The notes under the pieces: model-generated
Databases searched by the model: none
What the model saw: the letters and a program-made list of their open reading frames with translations, nothing else
Told to the model about the DNA's origin: nothing
Made by a program: the position numbers and the translations under genes
IMG/VR virus record: IMGVR_UViG_3300028797_002668
Location: 1-64,000 of that record
Length of the DNA: 64,000 bases
Reading direction: 5' to 3' (one strand)
Origin: a virus
Lineage: Duplodnaviria; Caudoviricetes
Shown here: positions 34,840-46,370 of the stretch, piece after piece
How the letters are laid out: each line of letters opens with the position of its first letter
How positions within the stretch are numbered: position 1 is the stretch's first letter

Positions 34840-35511
34840 TCATTTGGCGTGAGGGAATATATTGCATTCTCTCAGACGGTCGATATAGTGTTGAAGCGAC
34901 CCAAGATAATCTGGATGGGATATCTCGTCTCCACCTACTTTGCCAGACAACACAACCGTGTCACAAAGACATACCTTTGCTCCCAATGACCCACACATTA
35001 CACCTAAAAACTGGTCTTCACATCCCCAGCCGGTAAACGACTCGTCGAACAGTTTCCCCCGGTTCACTCGATATATTTCTTTAATCAACCCATACTTAAT
35101 GCGAAATCCGCATGAATAAAATGGGTTGCACAAAATATTTACATTGACCAGACCGGGTTTCAACTTTTCCAACCGCTTGTCACTTTCACAAATATATAGG
35201 AATACATCGAAATCAGATAGATTTTCACCAATATTGTATACAATAGGAACTCGGTCACCATCGAAGAACTCAATCCAGTCGTCATCTGACAGCGTGGCAA
35301 TACGTTCCAACTCTGACAGCCCCAAATTACGGTTCATTGTACGGTTTCCAATTACTGGATTACATACATATCGAGCGCCAGCCAAACAAACTTGCTCTAC
35401 GTCTTCTTGTTGCATGTCATCGAACACGAAAACCACGTTATCGTTCAATACGCGAACAAAACGTGGTATATATTCGGACTGGTGATGTGATATGACTACG
35501 CTATAACGCAT
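34840..35511 (-). CDS. GT-A fold glycosyltransferase (GT2/GT7-like)
   Basis: RNLGL, FFDGD (DxD) and FDESFTGWGCED. Confidence 0.8.
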   Translation of the reverse strand: MRYSVVISHHQSEYIPRFVRVLNDNVVFVFDDMQQEDVEQVCLAGARYVCNPVIGNRTMNRNLGLSELERIATLSDDDWIEFFDGDRVPIVYNIGENLSDFDVFLYICESDKRLEKLKPGLVNVNILCNPFYSCGFRIKYGLIKEIYRVNRGKLFDESFTGWGCEDQFLGVMCGSLGAKVCLCDTVVLSGKVGGDEISHPDYLGSLQHYIDRLRECNIFPHAK

Positions 35512-37727
35512 TAATACGCCATCACATAGATTTTGCCGTCAACCTTGGTAAAATGTACAACGGCTGAACTAAGAGTGTTATTATTTATATTGCGACCCGC
35601 ACTCGCATTACTGTTGTATAACGGGGCAAACGGGTCAGTATCGAAACTAGTCGGTGGTACGTACACGTGGAAATTAGGCTTCACGCTGCTCAAGGTTGAC
35701 CCGTTAGCATCAGCCCACTTATATACATTTTCGACAACACCGTGGTCGATATCCTTAGAGAACCGAATAACAAAATCCTTATTATCATTTAAAATTCCTT
35801 CCAACGCGACACTGTGCTTGTTATTTACGTTAGAATCACGACCTATAGCGTTTAGATTTATAACAATTTCATAAACCACTCCGTCATACAACTCGCTTGT
35901 ATTCACATACAATACATTATGACGATTATAAACCCGTGCGACATTAATCTCGTTATATGACTTCACATAATATAACCAAGTATTCCATATAAGCCTATTA
36001 CTTGTACCGAACGAAAAATGTTCAGCGTCAGCAAGACTCAGCCCATAATCCCATTCGAAAGCATTTGTCTCGTTCCAAGAACGTGACGGAATTTTATGGA
36101 ACTTACCGTCCTTAAATATTGTAAGCAACATATCATTATTGAGATATGTAGAAACTACTTGAAAATTCAAAACACTATTCGACGCACATGTTTCTGGTGT
36201 AGCATTCGGTATATACGGAATGTCACAGTCATTAATAATAATCGGGCTTGCCGAACTATCCGGAACATACGGATGAGTATGATTACGAAACGCCCACATA
36301 TAACTGTCATTTCCACTTTCCACGATTCCGCACTGGCTACCGTTTCCGCCATACTTGATTGACTCAACCATATTCCGTATATAATTCATTTCCACGCCAA
36401 GCATAGTAACAGCTTCCGAAATACTGGCATTTGCAATCAACTGGTTCTTGTACCAAGTAATTGAATCATTTTCATATAGATTGTAATATATAACTGGATT
36501 GTTAACCAATGAAGTATTTTCTTGAAATACTACACTAAAATCAATACTATACTTGCTAAGACCAGTTTCACTCATTTCAATAGTGTCGGTATCGATAACC
36601 GCAAACAAAACTGGTTCGGCATCTCCATCAACTGAAAGTTGTACCTTATTCCCGCCACATTTCTCGTTAGTGCTATCTATCACGTTGAACGCATGCAAAG
36701 TGACCGGAACCGCATACAAACCAATACGATTAAACTTAAAACCAATTTCGGGAAGATGGTTACTCGTTTCCAGTTCATACGCACTGTCAACAATACGGTC
36801 AGCGGCCTTTTTCATGTAATCGGCGATGTTAATAGCAATTTTGTATTTTACGCTTCCTACCTTAGAATTGTCAAGGTTCGTACTACTCTTACCGGCCTCA
36901 AGATTCTGTATATGTCCGCCATTACGTATAATAGTTGACAAGTCATAGTGGTCAATCGGAAAATACTTAGTCACTTTAGACATGTTACGGCAAGCCGGAT
37001 CATGAGCGACTGGATATCCTTCACTAGACGACGGTGCGTGGTACCGGTTGAAATTTGAAATAGACTCCATCGCGGACACCGTCTTATCTTGAGGAACCAC
37101 ATTAGAAGCGTATCCATCACTAGTCGTACGGTTACTGTCATTTGAAATCAACCAAGCTGGCTCATTAGTACGCTCTGCGTAATTACGCATATCCGGCGAA
37201 ACCGTATGTGCCGCTAAGTCATCATTGTCAGTGTGGTAATAAAGAGGCGCTGGAATAGGTAGACCATAGTCATCAATTTCATCGTTTAATTGAGTAACTG
37301 TGCCTCCGACACCTATATATGTCTTGTAAAAATTATACTTTGCCGGAGCCGACGAATCCTGGCTATAAGTCACCAGTGTATTAAACTTGTTTCCTTCGGC
37401 ATCAGTAGCGAGCGAATATCTAAAGGTCGATTCGATATTTTCCGCATACAAGCATTGCCTATACAGCTTACCAGCGGCTGAATCTACATCGCCTTCATCG
37501 AAACCGGCTACCGTGTCAGCCATCGAACCTTGAAATATATTAAACAGCTCGTCGCCTATCGGCTTACCGTTCTCCTTTGGCACAAGCATCTGGATGTCCT
37601 TAGACAGTTCGCGGTTCTCTTCAGGAATGTACGCAAGACCGTAATATCCAATCCAATACTGCTTTTGGCTGGACGGCAAAGTATTTAAAATTTCTAGTCC
37701 TTGACTGGTAATTACGCTTCTGTTCAT
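35511..37727 (-). CDS. baseplate-attached tail fibre protein
   Basis: SVITSQGL N-terminus and FKFNRIGLYA...LFAV motif; late promoter at 37757-37764. Confidence 0.65.
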   Translation of the reverse strand: MNRSVITSQGLEILNTLPSSQKQYWIGYYGLAYIPEENRELSKDIQMLVPKENGKPIGDELFNIFQGSMADTVAGFDEGDVDSAAGKLYRQCLYAENIESTFRYSLATDAEGNKFNTLVTYSQDSSAPAKYNFYKTYIGVGGTVTQLNDEIDDYGLPIPAPLYYHTDNDDLAAHTVSPDMRNYAERTNEPAWLISNDSNRTTSDGYASNVVPQDKTVSAMESISNFNRYHAPSSSEGYPVAHDPACRNMSKVTKYFPIDHYDLSTIIRNGGHIQNLEAGKSSTNLDNSKVGSVKYKIAINIADYMKKAADRIVDSAYELETSNHLPEIGFKFNRIGLYAVPVTLHAFNVIDSTNEKCGGNKVQLSVDGDAEPVLFAVIDTDTIEMSETGLSKYSIDFSVVFQENTSLVNNPVIYYNLYENDSITWYKNQLIANASISEAVTMLGVEMNYIRNMVESIKYGGNGSQCGIVESGNDSYMWAFRNHTHPYVPDSSASPIIINDCDIPYIPNATPETCASNSVLNFQVVSTYLNNDMLLTIFKDGKFHKIPSRSWNETNAFEWDYGLSLADAEHFSFGTSNRLIWNTWLYYVKSYNEINVARVYNRHNVLYVNTSELYDGVVYEIVINLNAIGRDSNVNNKHSVALEGILNDNKDFVIRFSKDIDHGVVENVYKWADANGSTLSSVKPNFHVYVPPTSFDTDPFAPLYNSNASAGRNINNNTLSSAVVHFTKVDGKIYVMAY

Positions 37728-37788
37728 GCCGAATACCTAATTTCTTTCAAGAAACTAGTTTATATATTTCGTCATCGGAACTGATATA

Positions 37789-40700
37789 CTAAAAGCTACA
37801 ATCTTCATCCATACACGCATCATCTTCGTAGAAGTCCAGACCAGTACCATCGGATTTTCCGCCATCGAACACCGGGGATAAACCAGAATAACCTTCCATA
37901 TTGTGGGCGACGATGATTGCGTTGGCCGTAGCCTCAGAATTCATTACTACGCGAATACCGTCAAACACTACGTTGATCGGCTTACAGCATCTAATTTGCT
38001 CATGCATCCGCTCGATGTCTTCGGTTGTCACGGAAACGCTCGGAGAATTAGAATCATCCAGCACATCCAATACTACGTGTGGGGTAGGCACCCACTGGCC
38101 GACCTTCTCGCCTAGTCCAGATTTCCGTTGAATCATTTCGTCGACTTCGGTTTGTCGCACAAGTTCACCGTATGGGTCGGCAGTATTAGTCCACAGCGTA
38201 ATCAACTCGCCAACAAGACCGAACGTCGCCATTAACATGTTGATACCAGCATTCGTACCGTTCAGAGCATAATATTGCGGCAAATGAGCAATTGTTTCTC
38301 GCAAAGCAGCATCCCGTTGCTCATTAGTCCGATATACGCCACTCTCGTTCACATCATCAGAAACCGCAGTTATATCATAACCCATAAACCTAGCCAAATA
38401 TCCTATCAAATCATAGTCTATTACGCTAGCATCCTTCAAATAAGCCAGACGCTCTATCCGTTCAGCCAATGGATAACCCATATCCGGAACACCCTTGAAT
38501 GATGGGTCCATGTCATCACGCGGAGCTACCGTACCGTAATCATACTTCGAAGAATACTGAAGATTCACATCTTGTGTCGTATCCAAGTTATCGATATGCG
38601 GGTTCTCAAAATGGTAGTTTCTGGACATTCCAGCAGCTTGCAAATATGCACGGCCAGACGATGCCTCAGATGTCACAAAGGTATCGCCATACACAACATA
38701 CTTATACTCACTGTCGGTCTCTACCGGGTCGGTTTCATCGAACTTCGGATTACTGCACATATCAACCTTGATGTTGTCAATCTTGAACGTGCGCTTACGA
38801 CGCATCGGAACCCAAGCACCAGTCTTGGAAACTCTCCACGCAATTGACTCGTCCTCACACAACTGATTAGTCGCAATAACTATTTCACCATCAGTAAACC
38901 GATGACCGTTCCAGTTGTACTCACCACTCAGTTTTCCGACATTTCTTCTAGCGATTATACCACGATATATAGTGCTGCCTTTAGAGACATTCCCTAGTGT
39001 AGAAACACCGTCTATCGGACCTAGCGTTACAGTTTCATCACTAGGTACCGTCAATACCTTCGCCTCGGTAAACTTGTTAATTGAGCCACCGTTATAAGTA
39101 TATGCACCATTAGTTTCAGTATCTACGATAACTAAGTCGCCTACATGCAGACCATGCTTGTACTGAGTCCGAACTACATTATGGTTCGACTCAAGAATCT
39201 GGTTAGAAGTTACGAATGTTGCTCGATTGCTTATCTTACTCCAATCATACGCATATACGGTATACTTGTACCACATACCTACATATAACGTCATATCTCG
39301 TCCAACTAGCGATTTCCCATCTGGCATGCCAGTATCGCCAGCAATCTTGATATTAAATACACCCCCACCATTCACGTTGCTTGTCACCGTATGCCATCCA
39401 TTATATGCGCTATGGTCAGCATATCTAATAAATACACGAGTACCTTGATGCAAGTCGCTTTCCGGAACACGGCCAACCAAGTTAACTTGAGCAGTCTCAT
39501 TGTCGATGAACCGTATAACTTTAACCTTGTATCCTTCGCTCATCGCATATACTGGATTCGTATCAGATATGTCTATCAAGTTCTGTTGCGCATAAAGCGT
39601 AAACGGTGTTAAAACGGCATCACGTTCAATCTTCGTCCAATTTCCAGAACTTGCGATATAAAATTCGCGAACAATATCTTCATCATCCTTGCGGTCAATC
39701 TCAACAATATCCCCATCAGACAATGGCTGGCCGGTAGTCTCATTGATGATACGGTGATATACGGCTGATGCCTTAACACCGTCATGGTCAACTTCACCAG
39801 TACAGTATGTACCGGCAGCAACCGACAAACTTTCATACTGAATTACATCTGGCGATAGTACCTTTATTTCAACATCGGTAACATTGAAAATATCACTTTT
39901 AGACGGATTTTCTACAGTCACTCCACTTACGGATATATGCATACCATCAGAAAGTCCGTGACCCGCTGAAGTAATCGTAACTAGCCACCTACCATTATTG
40001 CCCTTAGTTGCAATAAGGTTACTATCCATGTCAATTACGTACAACGGAGCCACACCTCGCTTCATCACCTTTCCGGTTTCATACTCTTTAACGACGGTAA
40101 CCGTTCGGTCAGCCATGTCCACATCCACTACATTGTATGTATTTCCTCCATAAAACTCGACAAAGCCAGCACGAGACATATCGTCGACACCAATATCATT
40201 ACCGTAATATACATATTCGCGCTCTTTCCATCCATAACGCAATCGGGTATCGTTAATCTTCTTGATATACAGTGGAATACGTATCGTATCCATATCATCG
40301 ACACCGTAGTCGACATTTTCGCCAAAATCAAGCGTAGCAACGGCACCAGAATACGGCATGAACGCATTACGCATCTTCTTATATCCAACAGAGAAATGCT
40401 TTAACGTGTCAAGAACCAATTCATACTTATCGCCTTTTATTCCCGATGTCTTCTTTACCATGTAGATATTGTCGTCATCTGCATTATACACATAAGTTCC
40501 GTCAACATAATCGGCGGTTGAATCATACAATATAACATCGTTTTTCATTCGAAGTAGCACAAACTTTTCGTCCCCATCGTTAAAACGTGCTACCATGTAC
40601 TTGTCTGTAAAAATCATTCCGCTATAACGACGAATCACGGCAACCATATCATCACCCATTCTACGTGTATGGTCGACTTTAGAAACATAAGATTCTTTGG

Positions 40701-42567
40701 TTATATCGACTTTTCTAATAGCTGTATAATTATTAATCTGCACACTGGTAGGATGAACAATATGAATGGTTCCAGCATCATATTTAGTTATAGTGAACAA
40801 TTGCGTTTGATAAACACCGTTTACCACGCAATCAAGCAAAACTACATCACCGGGCTTCCACATGCACCCACCATACACAGCATAAGCATGCTCACCAGTT
40901 TCGTCATTACATGCATCTAAACGTGTAATAACACCAACCGAAGGAATAGTCACAACGACATCGTGACCATTCGGATTAAATGATGGGTTCAATTTACGAT
41001 CAAGACCAACTATATACCGTCCAGTAGCCTTTTCGTACTTACATTCGGTAATTATACCTAGTCCGTCCCATGCACCGGGACATAGAATAAATGCGCCAGC
41101 ATACATCTGCACCGGCGAATAGAACGCACGCAAACCAAACGGTGTCCATTCACTCCCCTTGATAGTCGCAACTGATTCATTCTCGGTTACTGTTGCTGAC
41201 GACATGGTATAATTATCAGACATAGAAGCGGCTGGCCCATCGCAGAACCGGTACTCATCGGACCAACGAAGCATCGGCATACGGTTATTACCATCAATTA
41301 CGTAGTAGCTTTCCGACAACGGAACTGACACCAAAGTAAGCGACTTGCTATCCGAAATCATAGCTATAATATCGTATATGTCATACTTTAACGACAGCGG
41401 GAACACCGATGTATACAATTCGCCATCTTCTTTGCGACTCTTACTGGTTATATCGCCATTCATTTTTAGCAAGGCAACTTGTTCATCACCATGCATAAGA
41501 TATAATATAGCATCGCTGTATATTCCAGGCATTCCAGACGATGTATAAATTTTCAGCATACCAGTCGAGCCAACATCGATACGGTTTACACGAAAACGAT
41601 CTACGCTCGGATTAAGCACTGTATCGGGCATAGTTACAATGTTACTAGAAGAAATATTAGTAAGCTTAGACCCGCTCGTTTCACGTAAATAAAATATTCC
41701 AGATGGATAATTTCCGACCCAATTGAACGAATTACCTTCAGCAAACTTTATGTACGTATTATAATTGCCATCAGCCACAGCTGACTGGTTATAGTAATCG
41801 ACAATAACTTGATCCGACTTGTTATCGACTCCATCGACATCAACCAGAACAGAATCTATTGCGGACACCCGGTTTACATCCGTAATCTTTAGTGTAAAGA
41901 AAATTTCATAGTAATTGACTCGCTTATCCCTAGACTGACCACCATAGCGACGAAGAACATGTCCAACATCGGATACCTTGAACTCTATGGCAGTCTTTGG
42001 ATTATTGTCCGTACCAGTGAACGGATCTTGGGACGAACCTAACGGTTCCTTGACCATCGTGTCGTCTACGGATGAATAGTAATAAGCAACCGTTCGTACT
42101 GGCTCCACATTACGATATTTAATGTAAACTACGGCACCGTCCTTCGTATTGGAGTCAACCAAATGCCTAGCGCTTGCCGAAGTAATTACATCTTCTACTT
42201 TCGAAAAATCTACTTCGGCCTCTTTTGGATATTCAGCGCATTCGTTACCGACGATTACGTTCGACTTAACGTTGTTCCTAGGAACAGAACAATACCTAAC
42301 AGAATCACCTCGTTCCGACGCAAGCCTAAGCATAGAGCACAATCTTTCCATCTGGGCCTTTACAGCGTTTTGGTCAGTTGATTTGCAAACACGGACGAAT
42401 TCGAATTCCTCGGTCGTCTCGATATTACGGTAGGCATTGTTGATGTAGTCTGACATCACTTGCATCAACGTAACCACGTCCGGCTCCGTCTTCAGAAATT
42501 CCGGTAAATACCCAACAAAATCGTTGAAGCGAAACTGGCCATTCTTATTATAGACTATCGGATTCAT
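37789..42567 (-). CDS. baseplate wedge protein (T4 gp7/P2 gpI-like)
   Basis: YLPEFLK N-terminus; LIGYLARFMG...YYALNGTNAGINMLM; follows the gp6-like gene. Confidence 0.65.
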   Translation of the reverse strand: MNPIVYNKNGQFRFNDFVGYLPEFLKTEPDVVTLMQVMSDYINNAYRNIETTEEFEFVRVCKSTDQNAVKAQMERLCSMLRLASERGDSVRYCSVPRNNVKSNVIVGNECAEYPKEAEVDFSKVEDVITSASARHLVDSNTKDGAVVYIKYRNVEPVRTVAYYYSSVDDTMVKEPLGSSQDPFTGTDNNPKTAIEFKVSDVGHVLRRYGGQSRDKRVNYYEIFFTLKITDVNRVSAIDSVLVDVDGVDNKSDQVIVDYYNQSAVADGNYNTYIKFAEGNSFNWVGNYPSGIFYLRETSGSKLTNISSSNIVTMPDTVLNPSVDRFRVNRIDVGSTGMLKIYTSSGMPGIYSDAILYLMHGDEQVALLKMNGDITSKSRKEDGELYTSVFPLSLKYDIYDIIAMISDSKSLTLVSVPLSESYYVIDGNNRMPMLRWSDEYRFCDGPAASMSDNYTMSSATVTENESVATIKGSEWTPFGLRAFYSPVQMYAGAFILCPGAWDGLGIITECKYEKATGRYIVGLDRKLNPSFNPNGHDVVVTIPSVGVITRLDACNDETGEHAYAVYGGCMWKPGDVVLLDCVVNGVYQTQLFTITKYDAGTIHIVHPTSVQINNYTAIRKVDITKESYVSKVDHTRRMGDDMVAVIRRYSGMIFTDKYMVARFNDGDEKFVLLRMKNDVILYDSTADYVDGTYVYNADDDNIYMVKKTSGIKGDKYELVLDTLKHFSVGYKKMRNAFMPYSGAVATLDFGENVDYGVDDMDTIRIPLYIKKINDTRLRYGWKEREYVYYGNDIGVDDMSRAGFVEFYGGNTYNVVDVDMADRTVTVVKEYETGKVMKRGVAPLYVIDMDSNLIATKGNNGRWLVTITSAGHGLSDGMHISVSGVTVENPSKSDIFNVTDVEIKVLSPDVIQYESLSVAAGTYCTGEVDHDGVKASAVYHRIINETTGQPLSDGDIVEIDRKDDEDIVREFYIASSGNWTKIERDAVLTPFTLYAQQNLIDISDTNPVYAMSEGYKVKVIRFIDNETAQVNLVGRVPESDLHQGTRVFIRYADHSAYNGWHTVTSNVNGGGVFNIKIAGDTGMPDGKSLVGRDMTLYVGMWYKYTVYAYDWSKISNRATFVTSNQILESNHNVVRTQYKHGLHVGDLVIVDTETNGAYTYNGGSINKFTEAKVLTVPSDETVTLGPIDGVSTLGNVSKGSTIYRGIIARRNVGKLSGEYNWNGHRFTDGEIVIATNQLCEDESIAWRVSKTGAWVPMRRKRTFKIDNIKVDMCSNPKFDETDPVETDSEYKYVVYGDTFVTSEASSGRAYLQAAGMSRNYHFENPHIDNLDTTQDVNLQYSSKYDYGTVAPRDDMDPSFKGVPDMGYPLAERIERLAYLKDASVIDYDLIGYLARFMGYDITAVSDDVNESGVYRTNEQRDAALRETIAHLPQYYALNGTNAGINMLMATFGLVGELITLWTNTADPYGELVRQTEVDEMIQRKSGLGEKVGQWVPTPHVVLDVLDDSNSPSVSVTTEDIERMHEQIRCCKPINVVFDGIRVVMNSEATANAIIVAHNMEGYSGLSPVFDGGKSDGTGLDFYEDDACMDEDCSF

Positions 42568-42574
42568 TCTTTAA

Positions 42575-45160
42575 TCACTCCGTCACCAAAACGCTTTCCA
42601 CTGACACGGCAAGATCAATCCGGTCAGTCGGTATGGTTATCTGTACTATTTCATTGTCATTCGAATAATTTGTGATATTACCCGCGTTGTCAATAAGGTT
42701 ATTAGCTACATAATACTTTAACACGTTACGGACAAGTTTAATATATTCAAGAATATATTCAATATAGTCATGCAACGAGTTTCCCTCTATTTCGGTCATA
42801 TCTACAATCTTGTCGGTGTTCTTGAATGTAAGCGAGTCGTAACCCTTATCCCAACCCTTGATGGCTTGAATTACGCTATAAAGAACATCGGCTGTGTCAG
42901 CATGTCCCGCAGACTGCTCAGCAAGCAGTTCTTGGTACACCGACTCATACACCATCATCATCGACTGTTCCCAAATATACGCGACAAACTTGTCTATATC
43001 AAGGTCGGATATCCGTTTATTCGATGTTTCGGATAATTTAGGTTTAACCGTATACTTGTAATAATCGGCAATACGGGTCTGCAAGGCAGCTAGTGACTGA
43101 ACGGTAAACGTCCTCTGATACGTATTCTTAGATTTGTCGCCGACATATGTATAACCGAGCGAAAATTCGAAACCATCCACAGCGATGTTTCCGGGAACGA
43201 TATACTCATATGTCATCTGGCCAAGAAGTCTCAAATCATCTATATCCAAATCGGAATACCGGTCGTTTACCGGAGAGAACGTAACGTCTACGCCAGCAAC
43301 TTCAGTAAGCGTATGAACGATAGACTCAATGCGGGAACGGTAAATAGGGGTAGCGAAATCAGTATTTTCTAACAGATACTTGTAAACAGCATTCTTGATA
43401 CGTTCCTTCACATCGGTAAAGTTATTGCCACGGAAAAGCGTAACCTTCAGGTGTGCTTCCATCTCATGTACAGATGGATAAACGTAATTATGATAACCGC
43501 CACCGACCGTTATCATACCGCGTTGATTAAGCGCCGTCATACAGTTATAAAGTTCGGAACCCACCTCAACAAAATCAAGCGGCGAAAGTAAGGCGGAATA
43601 TACTTGATAGTCCAATGGATATGTCGGTTGGATGCTCTGCATTATCTGCTTTTGTACTTCGCTCGACAGTTTCTCTCCGGTTTCCAAACGGACGTTCTGC
43701 AATGCATCGCCTAGACGCTTGTAAATTGCTAGATGGCCTTCGTCGAGACCGTTACGCTCCAATTCCCTATAATCATACTGCCACGTGTACATGAGTCCGT
43801 TTACTTTGTATCCGTCGAGGAAATACTCGTCGGCGGTCGTTGGGTAGAACGTATTGTCCTTTTGACGATACAAACTCTTCAACGCGCTGAAACGCACTTG
43901 GTTCATGTACTTAACGTCGATACCGCCGTTTAACATTTTTGTGTTAAGGATATCTTCACCATACGCTGTAGCGTACTTGACGTCAGAATATCGACGAAGG
44001 AAAATCTTGTAACTCGTACGGTTCACAAGACGGTCTAGCGTGTTGAACAAGTACGGAGCGTTGGCCTTGATGGACTCGATACTTTCAATGTCGAGTCCGT
44101 TACGTATATCAGTCGTGATAGCAATGTTTAGGTCGTTAACCGTAATATCGCTTTCAGTACCGTCGTCCTGACAGATTACGATTCGGCTGCTATTTGTCGA
44201 AAGGGTGGTACCGGCCACGTTGAGCAAGTTACCCTCTTCGCCAGTCGTGGAGAAGTAAGTCACGTTGATAACGCCGTAAGGAATAGCGGACTTCAATCCG
44301 TCACCGAAACGTAGCTGCACGTTGCCGTCATTTGCCGTAGACAACTCGACCGTATAGTTATCGGTGTAGTTGTCTTGACCAGACGCGAACTGTTCAATAT
44401 CGTTCAGAACAGATTCCTTCGCCGGGTCAATCAGTCCTCGGCGAGAAATACGCCAGTACAGCTTATCGTCCACCACAACGCTTGGGTCAATATTGTCCAT
44501 CAATGTAGCGTCAGACATAACCCTAGTAAAAGCGGACGAACGATGTGCTACGTTGCCATCATCATCAAAATTTGGGTCATTGTCGCCAAAATAGTCACTG
44601 AAGGTAAGGTCGTGAATAATGAAGGTCTGGTTCTGGTTACCGGTGGAAATAAGAGACTCGGTCTTGAAACGGCCTTCCGCGAGCACGGCCTTTCCATAAA
44701 CGAGAGTCATCAAGCCAGTCTGTTCCGTGTCTGCATTTCGGTCATAGCGGAACTCCATATTGTCCATAGCGGTCAGCGTGGTACTACCCATAGTAAACTC
44801 GGTTCCAAGAGGGATGCGGACACGAATTGTATTGAACTTTCCGGTCTTCGTAGTCTGAATTCCGATACCGGCCTTGGCCGGAACCGGACGACGGATGCTA
44901 TAACCAAGCATACGGGCGTTGGCATAAATCGACGGTCGATAGTTTGCGGATTCAAGAAACCCGTTCTTGAACGAAGATTCAGCATAATACGCCATCAAGT
45001 CAGACGTACCGGCGAACAAGTCGGTCATCAAGCGACCATATGAACTCTCCGAGTAGTCTGCCAAGTTTCCACCCTTGGCCTTCATAATCGTAAGCAAGTG
45101 CTCGCGGACGGACTCGAACGAGATATTCGTATACTTACGTGAAATCGATGTGCTCGCCAT
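42575..45160 (-). CDS. gp6: baseplate wedge subunit (T4 gp6/gpJ-like)
   Basis: YTNISFESVR, ARMLGYS, LRFGDG, GLDIESIESIKANAP, RLVNRTSY; late promoter at 45188-45195. Confidence 0.85.
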   Translation of the reverse strand: MASTSISRKYTNISFESVREHLLTIMKAKGGNLADYSESSYGRLMTDLFAGTSDLMAYYAESSFKNGFLESANYRPSIYANARMLGYSIRRPVPAKAGIGIQTTKTGKFNTIRVRIPLGTEFTMGSTTLTAMDNMEFRYDRNADTEQTGLMTLVYGKAVLAEGRFKTESLISTGNQNQTFIIHDLTFSDYFGDNDPNFDDDGNVAHRSSAFTRVMSDATLMDNIDPSVVVDDKLYWRISRRGLIDPAKESVLNDIEQFASGQDNYTDNYTVELSTANDGNVQLRFGDGLKSAIPYGVINVTYFSTTGEEGNLLNVAGTTLSTNSSRIVICQDDGTESDITVNDLNIAITTDIRNGLDIESIESIKANAPYLFNTLDRLVNRTSYKIFLRRYSDVKYATAYGEDILNTKMLNGGIDVKYMNQVRFSALKSLYRQKDNTFYPTTADEYFLDGYKVNGLMYTWQYDYRELERNGLDEGHLAIYKRLGDALQNVRLETGEKLSSEVQKQIMQSIQPTYPLDYQVYSALLSPLDFVEVGSELYNCMTALNQRGMITVGGGYHNYVYPSVHEMEAHLKVTLFRGNNFTDVKERIKNAVYKYLLENTDFATPIYRSRIESIVHTLTEVAGVDVTFSPVNDRYSDLDIDDLRLLGQMTYEYIVPGNIAVDGFEFSLGYTYVGDKSKNTYQRTFTVQSLAALQTRIADYYKYTVKPKLSETSNKRISDLDIDKFVAYIWEQSMMMVYESVYQELLAEQSAGHADTADVLYSVIQAIKGWDKGYDSLTFKNTDKIVDMTEIEGNSLHDYIEYILEYIKLVRNVLKYYVANNLIDNAGNITNYSNDNEIVQITIPTDRIDLAVSVESVLVTE

Positions 45161-45245
45161 TTTTCAACCTTCTGTTAGTCATATCGCAGTTTATATACTT
45201 TTTGGGGGTCGCCCGACCGTATAAACTAGGTTAGAGGTTGACAAA

Positions 45246-46241
45246 ATGCCAGAATTCGTATTACATCTTTCAGGAAACTGCCGTGCGACTACGGTTATCG
45301 TGCCGAATTTCAGTGTTCTGGCATCGGTCTCTCCGCATATGTGGAACGACCGGACTGGAGGTTATGTCGAACGCTCCGAAAAGATGCAAATCAACAACCC
45401 GGACTTCCAACACGACACCCGTCTCGGACTGGTTTTCTACAACCGTAGACACAATGCGTTTCGTGACCAAGAGCGTTACAATGTAATGAGCCGTGCGTTC
45501 GTCAACCGTCAAGGAACCCTTTACAAGTATTACACGACCTCACTGAACGTGAACAATACCCCACTGTTCCACGAGGACTCTAACCGCGAGGTGGAGCGCG
45601 TCTTCGACCTACCGGTACTTATGGGGTTCAATCCCCAGAACGAACTTTATTCTCGTTTCGGCATCCAGTACACCACAAAGCAAGAAATTTACGTCCATAT
45701 GGGACTGTTTCTAGAGCTTAACTACCGAAGCCTACGCGAACTGGGCATTAAACCAACGTGTGACCCGAACGAGCACAACCCAATCTGGTACCAGCGCGGT
45801 TACGAAGACTTCCGCTACTACGGCTATACCGCAGCACAAATCTTCCCAAAGGCCGGCGACTTGCTAAAGCTCGAATTCAACAACATCCTCTACCAAGTCG
45901 ACAGCGTTGTAGACGAAATCCCCGAATTCGAGTACAAATGGCGTAAATACTGGTGGAAACTCTATCTGGATACCGCAATGGACAACGGAAAGAAAGTCAG
46001 CGAGGAAGTTCTCAACGCGCCGGACCAAGAGAACTTTATCAACAAACTGTTCGGAAAAAATATAATGAGTGCCGATTCAAACGGTACAAACCAAACAGAC
46101 AACATGCTTGCTGTCAACCACACAATCGACGAACTCAAGAAGGACGTTCTATTCCGTCCTCCGGAAGTCGACAAGTGCGTACAAGACATCACGAACGACC
46201 CGGCTTACTACGCTTGCGGATCGTTGCTTGGGCAGTGGTAA
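45246..46241 (+). CDS. neck/head-completion protein (T4 gp14-like)
   Basis: LFHED...ELYSRFGIQ...PKAGDLL..FNNILYQV; late promoter at 45220-45227. Confidence 0.7.
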   Translation: MPEFVLHLSGNCRATTVIVPNFSVLASVSPHMWNDRTGGYVERSEKMQINNPDFQHDTRLGLVFYNRRHNAFRDQERYNVMSRAFVNRQGTLYKYYTTSLNVNNTPLFHEDSNREVERVFDLPVLMGFNPQNELYSRFGIQYTTKQEIYVHMGLFLELNYRSLRELGIKPTCDPNEHNPIWYQRGYEDFRYYGYTAAQIFPKAGDLLKLEFNNILYQVDSVVDEIPEFEYKWRKYWWKLYLDTAMDNGKKVSEEVLNAPDQENFINKLFGKNIMSADSNGTNQTDNMLAVNHTIDELKKDVLFRPPEVDKCVQDITNDPAYYACGSLLGQW

Positions 46242-46370
46242 ACTTGATGCGATCTTCCTCGGTCACCTTCTTATTGGTGCGCGGCATATAAAAATATTCA
46301 GAAATCATACTTGAATTATAGCAAAAAGGGGAGCGGCAAACCACTCCCATAGCTATCTCAGGAAAAGAAA

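Noticed and set aside
46189-46287. 32-aa basic ORF MPRTNKKV... on the - strand overlapping the end of the gp14-like gene
   Set aside because: A possible -10 box lies upstream, but there is no SD or motif, so support is too weak to call.
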